Assembly (NCBI RefSeq): GCF_003334385.1
Contig: NZ_QOWN01000080.1
Source of the DNA: Escherichia coli
Lineage (GTDB): Bacteria; Pseudomonadota; Gammaproteobacteria; Enterobacterales; Enterobacteriaceae
Reading direction: 5' to 3' (one strand)
DNA: 5,623 nucleotides
Part shown: positions 1 through 5,623 of the stretch, piece by piece
Layout: every line of letters begins with the position of its first letter
Numbering within the stretch: position 1 is the stretch's first letter
Made by a program: the position numbers and the translations under genes
Notes under the pieces: generated by a model
The model's input: only the letters and a program-made list of their open reading frames with translations
Told to the model about the DNA's origin: nothing
The model's database searches: none

Positions 1-1
1 A

Positions 2-748
2 CAGGCACGGGCACAGAACGCGCAGTATCTGAGCGAACGCCTTAAGGACCAGGCAGCCTTTTATGCCGAATCGGATGCGCAGCGTGCGGACTGGCAGAAA
101 GGGCTGCAGGAGGGGTTCAGTAACTGGGTGGATAATGCGTCCGATTACGCCTCACAGGCAGCACAGCTGGCGACGGAGGGTATCTCAGGGATGGTGAATA
201 ACATCACGGAGATGCTGAACGGGAATAAAGTGGAATGGCGCAACTGGGCCTCATCCGTACTGCAGGAAATATCAAAAGTTCTTATGAATGCCGCGATTGT
301 CAACGGGATCAAGACGGCGGCAAACAGTATGTCCGGTGCAGGAGGATTTATTGGCAGTATTGGTGACTGGCTGGGCGGTGCGGTGGCCAATGCAAAAGGC
401 GGCGTGTATACCTCGGCAAACCTGAGTGCGTACAGCAACAGCATTGTGGATACGCCCACGTACTTTGCCTTTGCAAAAGGGGCCGGGCTGATGGGGGAAG
501 CCGGACCTGAAGCCATAATGCCCCTGACCCGGGCGGCGGATGGCTCGCTGGGCGTACGTGCCGTGGGCAGGATGAACGGGAGTGCGGGTCTGGTGTATTC
601 CCCGGTCTACCACATCGCCATTCAGAATGACGGGGCCAACGGTCAGATAGGGCCGGAGGCGGCAGGCAGCCTTGTTCAGTTGATTGACCAGCGGGTGCAG
701 GCGGTGATGCTGTCCATGCGACGAGACGGAGGAATGCTGAGTGGCTGA
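2..748 (+). CDS. H: Tail tape-measure protein (lambda gpH-like), C-terminal part; 5' end lies upstream of the window
   Basis: Frame 2 is open from position 2 to the TGA at 746-748 (the ORF track reports only the 128..748 part). Gly/Ala/Ser-rich C-terminus typical of tape-measure proteins. Position immediately upstream of an M homolog, with H stop overlapping M start. Assignment rests on synteny and recalled similarity, not a search. Confidence 0.7.
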   Translation, partial: QARAQNAQYLSERLKDQAAFYAESDAQRADWQKGLQEGFSNWVDNASDYASQAAQLATEGISGMVNNITEMLNGNKVEWRNWASSVLQEISKVLMNAAIVNGIKTAANSMSGAGGFIGSIGDWLGGAVANAKGGVYTSANLSAYSNSIVDTPTYFAFAKGAGLMGEAGPEAIMPLTRAADGSLGVRAVGRMNGSAGLVYSPVYHIAIQNDGANGQIGPEAAGSLVQLIDQRVQAVMLSMRRDGGMLSG

Positions 749-1082
749 GATAAAAACGCTGCATCTGGTCCCGCGTGAAGGGATGCAGGTGAGTGAGAAA
801 CCGTCGGTGGTGAGGGTCCGGTTTGGTGACGGTTATGAACAGCGCCGACCGACGGGACTGAATGCCCGACTGAAGACATTTCAGGCAGTGTTCCGGGTGA
901 CGGATGAGGCGACCCGGCGCTGGCTGGATGAATTTTTATCGTGGCATGGTGGTTACCGTGCCTTTTTGTGGAAACCCCCGAAACATAACCGGACGGTCAG
1001 GGTGGTGTGCCGGGAGTGGAGTATTACGGATAACGCCAGGTACAGCGATTTCAGTTGTATGATGGAACAGGTAATAAGATAA
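741..1082 (+). CDS. M: Minor tail protein M (lambda gpM-like)
   Basis: 113-aa ORF. GTG start at 741 preceded by GGAGGAA (728-734). Contains VRFGDGY and GLNA-LKT motifs that I recall from lambda M. Start overlaps the H stop, suggesting translational coupling. Confidence 0.8.
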   Translation: MAEIKTLHLVPREGMQVSEKPSVVRVRFGDGYEQRRPTGLNARLKTFQAVFRVTDEATRRWLDEFLSWHGGYRAFLWKPPKHNRTVRVVCREWSITDNARYSDFSCMMEQVIR

Positions 1083-1288
1083 GTTTTTGAGAAAAAACCT
1101 AAAAGCATCGTTTATTAATTTGCTTGCTTGTTATTTTTGTTTTGTCTTGACATAAAGTGCTATCAAAGTTGTTTTTTTACATTTTGAAACAAAATAAAAA
1201 TTGAACCCGTAATTTAATTTACAATATTTTGAGTTTTGTTCATGACATCTCTATGCATGAATAGTTCAGTTTAAATAAGGATTAAATC
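1083..1288 (+). promoter_or_regulatory. AT-rich upstream region of the porin gene; probable promoter/regulatory region
   Basis: Sharp drop in GC relative to M. TTGACA at 1147-1152 and TTGAAC/TACAAT-like hexamers at 1201-1225 are present but none has ideal spacing. Shine-Dalgarno AAGGA at 1278-1282 precedes the porin ATG. The exact promoter cannot be fixed from sequence alone. Confidence 0.35.
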
Positions 1289-1357
1289 ATGAAAAAAATG
1301 ACAGTGGCACTTTCAGCTGTGGCAGCAGCTGTAATTTTTGCAGCGGGGGCGCAGGCT
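1289..1357 (+). other. Predicted Sec signal peptide of the porin (cleavage after AQA)
   Basis: Basic N-terminus (MKK), hydrophobic core, A-x-A site directly before the conserved mature porin N-terminus AEVYNK. Confidence 0.6.
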
Positions 1358-2452
1358 GCAGAAGTATACAATAAAGATGGCAATAAACTTGATGTGTATG
1401 GGCGTGCAACTGCACTCCATTATTTCTCCAGTGATAAGGGGGATGATGGAGATAAGACATACGCACGTCTGGGCTTTAAAGGTGAAACTCAGATTAATGA
1501 CCAGTTGACTGGTTTTGGTCAGTGGGAATATCAGTTCTCTGGTAATAAAGCTGAATCAGAGGGTGCTGCGGGTAATAAAACCCGTCTTGCATTTGCAGGT
1601 CTGAAGTTTGGTGAGTTTGGCACCATTGATTATGGTCGTAACTATGGTATTGCGTACGATGTTGGTTCTTATACTGACGTATTACCAGAGTTTGGCGGTG
1701 ATGGCTGGACCCAGACCGATAACTTCATGACAGCCCGTACTTCCGGGGTATTAACCTATCGTAATACAGATTTCTTTGGGCTTGTCGATGGCCTGAATTT
1801 TGCGGCACAGTACCAGGGTAAAAATGATCGGGGTGATCTCCGGAAAGCTAATGGTGATGGTCACGGTTTCTCAGCCAGTTATGAATATGAAGGTTTTGGT
1901 ATCGTTGCCGCATATATTAATGCGGACCGAACCAATAATCAGGAAAAAGGTCTGAATGGTACTCTGACGATTGAACAAACTGATCCTTTAACCGGTAAAG
2001 TGACTGAAAAGCAGATCGTTGTTGATTCCGGTAGTGTTGCAAAAGGTAAACACGCTGAGATGTGGGGAGTCGGACTAAAATACGATGCTGACAACCTTTA
2101 CCTGGCTACAACATATTCCGAAACTCAGAATCTGACGACCTTTGGTGATAAAGGAGTTGCAGATAAAGCGCAAAACTTTGAAGCGGTACTGCAGTATCAG
2201 TTTGATTTCGGTCTGCGTCCATCTCTGGCATTCCTGCAGTCTCGTGCTCAGGATGTCATTGTAGGTGGTAAAAACTATGGTGACCAGGATTTGGTTAAGT
2301 ATGTTGACGTAGGTGCGAAATATTACTTCAATAAAAATATGTCCACCTATGTTGATTATAAAATCAATCTGGTTGATGAGAATAAGTTTACCAGGGATGC
2401 GGGCATTGCAACGGATGATATCGTTGCTGTTGGTATGACTTATCAGTTCTGA
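1289..2452 (+). CDS. General bacterial porin, OmpC/OmpF/PhoE family, prophage-encoded (moron)
   Basis: 387-aa ORF with an RBS. Predicted signal peptide [23 protein letters not shown], then mature N-terminus [15 protein letters not shown], nearly identical to the enterobacterial OmpC N-terminus as I recall it. L3-loop PEFGG motif present. C-terminal ...YQF with terminal Phe typical of beta-barrel OMPs. AT-rich codon usage unlike the flanking tail genes. Confidence 0.9.
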   Translation: MKKMTVALSAVAAAVIFAAGAQAAEVYNKDGNKLDVYGRATALHYFSSDKGDDGDKTYARLGFKGETQINDQLTGFGQWEYQFSGNKAESEGAAGNKTRLAFAGLKFGEFGTIDYGRNYGIAYDVGSYTDVLPEFGGDGWTQTDNFMTARTSGVLTYRNTDFFGLVDGLNFAAQYQGKNDRGDLRKANGDGHGFSASYEYEGFGIVAAYINADRTNNQEKGLNGTLTIEQTDPLTGKVTEKQIVVDSGSVAKGKHAEMWGVGLKYDADNLYLATTYSETQNLTTFGDKGVADKAQNFEAVLQYQFDFGLRPSLAFLQSRAQDVIVGGKNYGDQDLVKYVDVGAKYYFNKNMSTYVDYKINLVDENKFTRDAGIATDDIVAVGMTYQF

Positions 2453-2471
2453 TGATTACTGGTAAATAAAT

Positions 2472-2526
2472 ACAGGCCATCTGCCCTCACAGATGGCCTG
2501 TATCAGTGGAAGTTATATTTCCACTG
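2472..2526 (+). repeat. Two adjacent perfect hairpins in the porin 3' UTR
   Basis: Hairpin 1: ACAGGCCATCTG (2472-2483) pairs with CAGATGGCCTGT (2490-2501), 12-bp stem and 6-nt loop. Hairpin 2: CAGTGGAA (2504-2511) pairs with TTCCACTG (2519-2526). Neither is followed by a T-run on the + strand, so they look like stabilising or processing stem-loops rather than canonical terminators. Confidence 0.5.
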
Positions 2527-2610
2527 GTCACTGCGATCAGCTATTAGCTGATTTAATTTTCATTTTATTACCTTCATCGTTTTTGATTTTTTAATTGAAC
2601 TATTTTATCA

Positions 2611-2634
2611 GGGGCGCATTGCGCCCCTTTTTTT
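2611..2634 (+). terminator. Rho-independent terminator closing the porin cassette
   Basis: GGGGCGC-ATT-GCGCCCC stem-loop (2611-2627) followed by TTTTTTT (2628-2634). Lies 15 nt upstream of the L start codon. Confidence 0.75.
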
Positions 2635-2648
2635 ATGGGTGGATGTTT

Positions 2649-3347
2649 ATGCAGGAGATCAACGAAGAAAGCCTGAATGAGTCGGTTAAATCAGAGCAGT
2701 CACCGCGGGTGGTACTCTGGGAAATTGACCTGACGGTGCAGGGTGGTGAGCGGTATTTTTTCTGTAATGAGCTGAATGAAAAAGGGGAGCCGGTCACCTA
2801 GCAGGGGCGGAAGTACCAGGCATACCCGATTGACGGCAGCGGCTTTGAGATGAACGGGAAAGGGAGCAGTGCCCGCCCGTCACTGACGGTGTCGAATCTG
2901 TTCGGGCTGGTTACCGGGATGGCGGAGGATTTGCAGAGCCTGGTGGGGGCCACGGTGGTTCGTCGCCGGGTGTATGCGCGTTTTCTGGATGCGGTGAATT
3001 TTGTGGCAGGCAATCCGGAGGCTGACCCGGAGCAGGAGCTGACGGACCGCTGGGTGGTGGAGCAGATGTCGCAGCTCACAGCCATGACGGCCTCGTTTGT
3101 GCTGGCGACACCGACGGAGACGGACGGTGCGTTGTTTCCCGGCCGCATCATGCTGGCGAACACCTGTATGTGGACCTACCGCTCTGATGAGTGTGGTTAC
3201 ACGGGCGGGGCGGTGGCGGATGAGTTCGATAAACCCACCACCGATATCCGTAAGGACAGATGCAGCAAGTGCATGCGCGGGTGTGAACTGCGCAGGAATG
3301 TCGGCAATTTTGGCGGTTTCCTTTCCATTAATAAACTTTCGCAGTAA
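2649..3347 (+). pseudogene. L: Minor tail protein L (lambda gpL-like) interrupted by an in-frame amber codon at 2799-2801
   Basis: ATG at 2649 (MQEINEESLNE...) to TAA at 3345-3347 is 699 nt, matching the lambda L length as I recall it. One TAG at 2799-2801 splits it into 2649..2801 and the track ORF 2850..3347, but the 16 codons between the stop and the next ATG (QGRKYQAYPIDGSGFE) continue in frame and read as tail-protein sequence. The track ORF start at 2595 would span the terminator hairpin and is rejected. Confidence 0.7.
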
Positions 3348-3357
3348 ATCCCGGTTT

Positions 3358-4101
3358 ATGACACAGACTGAATCAGCGATTCTGGCGCATACCCGGCGGT
3401 GTGCGCCTGCGGAGTCGTGCGGCTTCGTGATAACCACGACGGAGGGCGAGCGGTACCTGCCCTGTGTGAATATCTCCGCAGCGCCGGAGGCGTATTTTCG
3501 TATTGCCCCGGAAGACTGGCTGCGGGCGGAGATGCAGGGTGAGATTGTGGCGCTGGTTCACAGTCATCCCGGTGGTCTGCCCTGGCTGAGTGAGGCAGAC
3601 CGGCGACTGCAGATAAAAAGTGCCCTGCCCTGGTGGCTGGTCTGCCGGGGTGACATTCACAAATTCCGCTGCGTTCCGCACCTGACCGAACGGCGCTTTG
3701 CGCACGGGGTGACGGACTGTTACACGCTGTTCCGGGATGCATACCATCTGGCAGGCATTGATATGCCGGATTTTCACCGTGAGGATGACTGGTGGTGCAA
3801 CGGTCAGAACCTTTACCTGGACAATATGGAGGCAACGGGCTTTTACCGGGTGCCCCTGTCCTCTGCACTGCCGGGCGATATCCTGCTGTGCTGCTTCGGC
3901 GCATCGGTGGCTAATCATGCCGCCATTTACTGCGGCAACGGTGAACTGCTTCACCATCTGCCTGAACAACTGAGTAAACGGGAGAGGTATTCCGAAAAAT
4001 GGCAACGACGAACGCATTCTGTCTGGCGTCACCGCCACTGGCACGCATCTGCCTTCACGGGGATTTACAACGATTTGGCCGCCGCTTCAGCCTGTATGTG
4101 A
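3358..4101 (+). CDS. K: Tail tip assembly protein K (lambda gpK-like) with JAB/MPN (JAMM) and NlpC/P60 domains
   Basis: ATG at 3358 (MTQTESAILAH...). JAMM motif HSHPGGLPWLSEAD (H-x-H-x7-S-x2-D). NlpC/P60-like Cys (GVTDCYTLF) with downstream His residues (NHAAIYCG, LLHH). The track ORF start at 3097 is an out-of-frame read-in over the L 3' end and is rejected. No obvious Shine-Dalgarno; start is 10 nt after the L stop. Confidence 0.8.
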   Translation: MTQTESAILAHTRRCAPAESCGFVITTTEGERYLPCVNISAAPEAYFRIAPEDWLRAEMQGEIVALVHSHPGGLPWLSEADRRLQIKSALPWWLVCRGDIHKFRCVPHLTERRFAHGVTDCYTLFRDAYHLAGIDMPDFHREDDWWCNGQNLYLDNMEATGFYRVPLSSALPGDILLCCFGASVANHAAIYCGNGELLHHLPEQLSKRERYSEKWQRRTHSVWRHRHWHASAFTGIYNDLAAASACM

Positions 4102-4679
4102 ACACGGCGGCGGAAGCCATCCGCGCCCTGTCGCTGCAGGTGCCGGGATTCCGCCGTCAGATGAACGAAGGCTGGTACCAGATACGCATTGCCGGTGAGG
4201 ATACGGCACCGGAGGCGGTGTATGCCCGCCTTCACGAACCACTGGGTGAGGGAACGGTTATCCATATTGTGCCGCGACTGGCCGGAGCCGGAAAGGGCGG
4301 ACTACAGATTGTGCTGGGGGCAGCTGCCATTGTGGGGTCTTTCTTCACGGCCGGAGCATCAATGGCGTTATGGGGTTCAGCCCTGGCAGCCGGTGGTTTT
4401 TCTGCCACCACGATGCTGTTTTCACTGGGTGCCAGCATGATACTGGGCGGTGTGGCCCAGATGCTGGCCCCGAAGGCAAAAACACCGGATTACCGCGCAA
4501 CGGATAACGGCAGACAGAACACGTATTTTTCCTCACTGGACAACATGATTGCCCAGGGCAACCCGATGCCGGTGCCCTACGGTGAAATGCTGGTTGGTTC
4601 ACGACGTATCTCTCAGGACATCAGCACCCGTGATGAAGGCGGAGACGGAAAGGTGGTGGTTATTGGTCGACAGGGATAA
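3999..4679 (+). CDS. I: Tail assembly protein I (lambda gpI-like)
   Basis: 226-aa ORF with RICL-GDLQRFGRR near the N-terminus and a Gly/Ala-rich hydrophobic segment followed by QNTYFSSLDNM, as I recall for lambda I. Overlaps the K 3' end by 103 nt in another frame. Confidence 0.8.
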   Translation: MATTNAFCLASPPLARICLHGDLQRFGRRFSLYVNTAAEAIRALSLQVPGFRRQMNEGWYQIRIAGEDTAPEAVYARLHEPLGEGTVIHIVPRLAGAGKGGLQIVLGAAAIVGSFFTAGASMALWGSALAAGGFSATTMLFSLGASMILGGVAQMLAPKAKTPDYRATDNGRQNTYFSSLDNMIAQGNPMPVPYGEMLVGSRRISQDISTRDEGGDGKVVVIGRQG

Positions 4680-4692
4680 AACATAAAAAAAT

Positions 4693-4717
4693 CCCGCAGT
4701 GATCGCGGAGCTGCGGG
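4693..4717 (-). terminator. Probable intrinsic terminator oriented for minus-strand transcription
   Basis: Inverted repeat CCCGCAG (4693-4699) and CTGCGGG (4711-4717). On the minus strand the stem is followed by T7 (plus-strand A-run 4685-4691). No T-run follows it on the + strand. Confidence 0.45.
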
Positions 4718-4788
4718 GACAGACAAATGAAGATTAATGTTAAGGAGTTGTTTTTGTTACTCGGGCAAAAAAACACTAACGCAGCGAA

Positions 4789-4816
4789 ATTATAAGCGCC
4801 ACAGTCAGTGTGTGAA
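4789..4816 (-). promoter_or_regulatory. Candidate sigma70 promoter on the minus strand (TTCACA-N16-TATAAT)
   Basis: Read on the minus strand: TTCACA (complement of 4811-4816), 16-nt spacer, TATAAT (complement of 4789-4794). Fires toward the minus-strand terminator at 4693-4717. Confidence 0.35.
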
Positions 4817-4890
4817 AATGTGAAGATATTCAGAATTTTTATGCCATTACCGGTTTTAACCAACAGGATTATCGGTGGGCATGAAAGAAA

Positions 4891-4918
4891 ACCCCGGTAT
4901 CTGCTGATACCGGGGTTT
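4891..4918. terminator. GC-rich hairpin with T-rich flanks on both strands; possible bidirectional terminator
   Basis: ACCCCGGTATC (4891-4901) pairs with GATACCGGGGT (4906-4916), 4-nt loop. Followed by TTCTGTTT on the + strand and by TTTCTTTCAT on the minus strand. Confidence 0.4.
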
Positions 4919-5021
4919 CTGTTTAGCATGGCAGAAATGTGTTTCATGCTTTTCGGGCGAAGGATATCCGACTTCTGTACGGAATGGCAAGTGGCGGTTA
5001 ATTTATTCAGGGGAAGGCTGT

Positions 5022-5623
5022 ATGGGAAAAGGTGGCGGTAAGGCACACACGCCTCGTGAGGCGAAGGATAATCTCAAATCCACGCAGATGATGAGTGTGA
5101 TTGATGCGATTGGTGAGGGACCGATAGAAGGTCCGGTGAAGGGACTGCAGAGTATTCTGGTGAACAAAACCCCGCTGACGGACACGGACGGTAATCCCGT
5201 GATACACGGTGTGACTGCGGTCTGGCGTGCCGGGGAGCAGGAGCAGACACCGCCGGAAGGCTTTGAGTCCTCCGGGGCGGAAACCGGACCAGGCGTGGAG
5301 GTGACGAAGGCAAAGCCGGTGACGCGCACCATTACGTCCGCGAACATTGACCGCCTGCGGGTGACCTTCGGGGTGCAGTCACTGGTGGAGACCACCTCAA
5401 AGGGTGACCGTAACCCGACGTCTGTCCGCCTGCTGATTCAGCTTGAGCGTGGTGGTAAATGGATGACGGAAAAGGATGTCACCATTAACGGCAAGACCAC
5501 CTCGCAGTTCCTGGCGTCGGTGATTCTGGATAATCTGCCGCCCCGGCCCTTTAACATCCGGATGGTCAGGGAGACGGCGGACAGCACCACGGACCAACTG
5601 CAGAACAGAACGCTGTGGTCGTC
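5022..5623 (+). CDS. J: Tail tip / host-specificity protein J (lambda gpJ-like), N-terminal part; continues beyond the window
   Basis: ATG at 5022 preceded by GGGGAAGG (5010-5017). N-terminus MGKGGGKAHTPREAKDNLKSTQ... and later GEQEQTPPEGFESSG, PPRPFNIRM, STTDQLQN match what I recall of the lambda J N-terminus. Frame is open to the window end. Absent from the ORF track because no stop codon falls in the window. Confidence 0.85.
   Translation, partial: MGKGGGKAHTPREAKDNLKSTQMMSVIDAIGEGPIEGPVKGLQSILVNKTPLTDTDGNPVIHGVTAVWRAGEQEQTPPEGFESSGAETGPGVEVTKAKPVTRTITSANIDRLRVTFGVQSLVETTSKGDRNPTSVRLLIQLERGGKWMTEKDVTINGKTTSQFLASVILDNLPPRPFNIRMVRETADSTTDQLQNRTLWS

Noticed and set aside
145-879. Minus-strand ORFs (145..516, 272..613, 348..764, 676..879) overlapping H and M
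   Set aside because: They lie antisense to well-supported GC-rich tail genes, have Pro/Arg/Ser-rich low-complexity translations typical of antisense frames in high-GC DNA, and have no start or RBS context.
2595-2648. Upstream extension of the L ORF (MNYFIRGALRPFFYGWMF...)
   Set aside because: This extension translates straight across the porin terminator hairpin and T-run. The ATG at 2649 with an upstream GGTGGA gives a 699-nt frame with a credible L N-terminus.
2850-3347. Track ORF as an independent gene separate from 2595..2801
   Set aside because: The codons between the TAG and this ATG continue in frame with tail-protein-like sequence, so the two ORFs are halves of one L gene split by a nonsense codon, not two genes.
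3097-3357. N-terminal 87 codons of the 334-aa track ORF upstream of the K start
   Set aside because: They overlap the L 3' end in another frame with an Arg/Cys-rich nonsense-like translation; recognisable K sequence begins at the ATG at 3358.
2798-4438. Minus-strand and alternate-frame ORFs inside L, K and I (2798..3163 -, 2880..3437 -, 3356..3904 -, 3373..4044 -, 3737..3973 +, 4065..4265 -, 4189..4440 +, 4232..4438 -, 4345..4602 -)
   Set aside because: All are embedded in better-supported + strand genes, show low-complexity Arg/Pro/His-rich translations, and lack independent start signals; spurious ORFs expected in GC-rich coding DNA.
4727-4796. 22-codon + strand mini-ORF (MKINVKELFLLLGQKNTNAAKL)
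   Set aside because: Too short to support from sequence alone, weak RBS partly buried in the hairpin, and it lies antisense to the candidate sRNA; left as a bare possibility only.
4660-5046. ORFs 4808..5041 (+) and 4660..5046 (-) as protein-coding genes in the I-J spacer
   Set aside because: Both read through the strong hairpins at 4693-4717 and/or 4891-4916, overlap I or J, lack an RBS and have Cys/Phe-rich implausible translations. The region is better explained as noncoding with RNA structure.
5003-5597. Minus-strand ORFs antisense to J (5003..5395, 5007..5207, 5074..5313, 5397..5597)
   Set aside because: Antisense to a strongly supported J N-terminus; Pro/Ser/Arg-rich translations typical of antisense frames.
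1-5623. CRISPR array, tRNA/rRNA genes, transposase or integrase
   Set aside because: No regularly spaced direct repeats, no tRNA-like T-arm motif with an acceptor stem, and no ORF resembling a transposase or integrase were seen. The porin insertion therefore looks like a moron rather than an IS or transposon.

Overview
The window is the tail-tip assembly block of a lambda-like (lambdoid siphovirus) prophage, all on the + strand: 3' end of tape-measure gene H, then M, L, K, I and the 5' end of J. Two things break the canonical lambda layout. First, an AT-rich cassette of about 1.57 kb sits between M and L and carries a complete OmpC/OmpF-family general porin gene with its own upstream region and a strong intrinsic terminator (a classic 'moron'). 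Second, a 342-bp AT-rich spacer lies between I and J, where lambda genes are tightly packed; it contains a minus-strand promoter-plus-terminator pair that may frame a small RNA of about 100 nt. In addition, L is interrupted by a single in-frame amber codon (TAG, 2799-2801) with tail-protein-like sequence continuing in frame on both sides, so this tail module is probably defective unless suppressed. Homology calls are from my memory of lambda and OmpC proteins, not from a search. No rRNA, tRNA, CRISPR array or transposase was seen.
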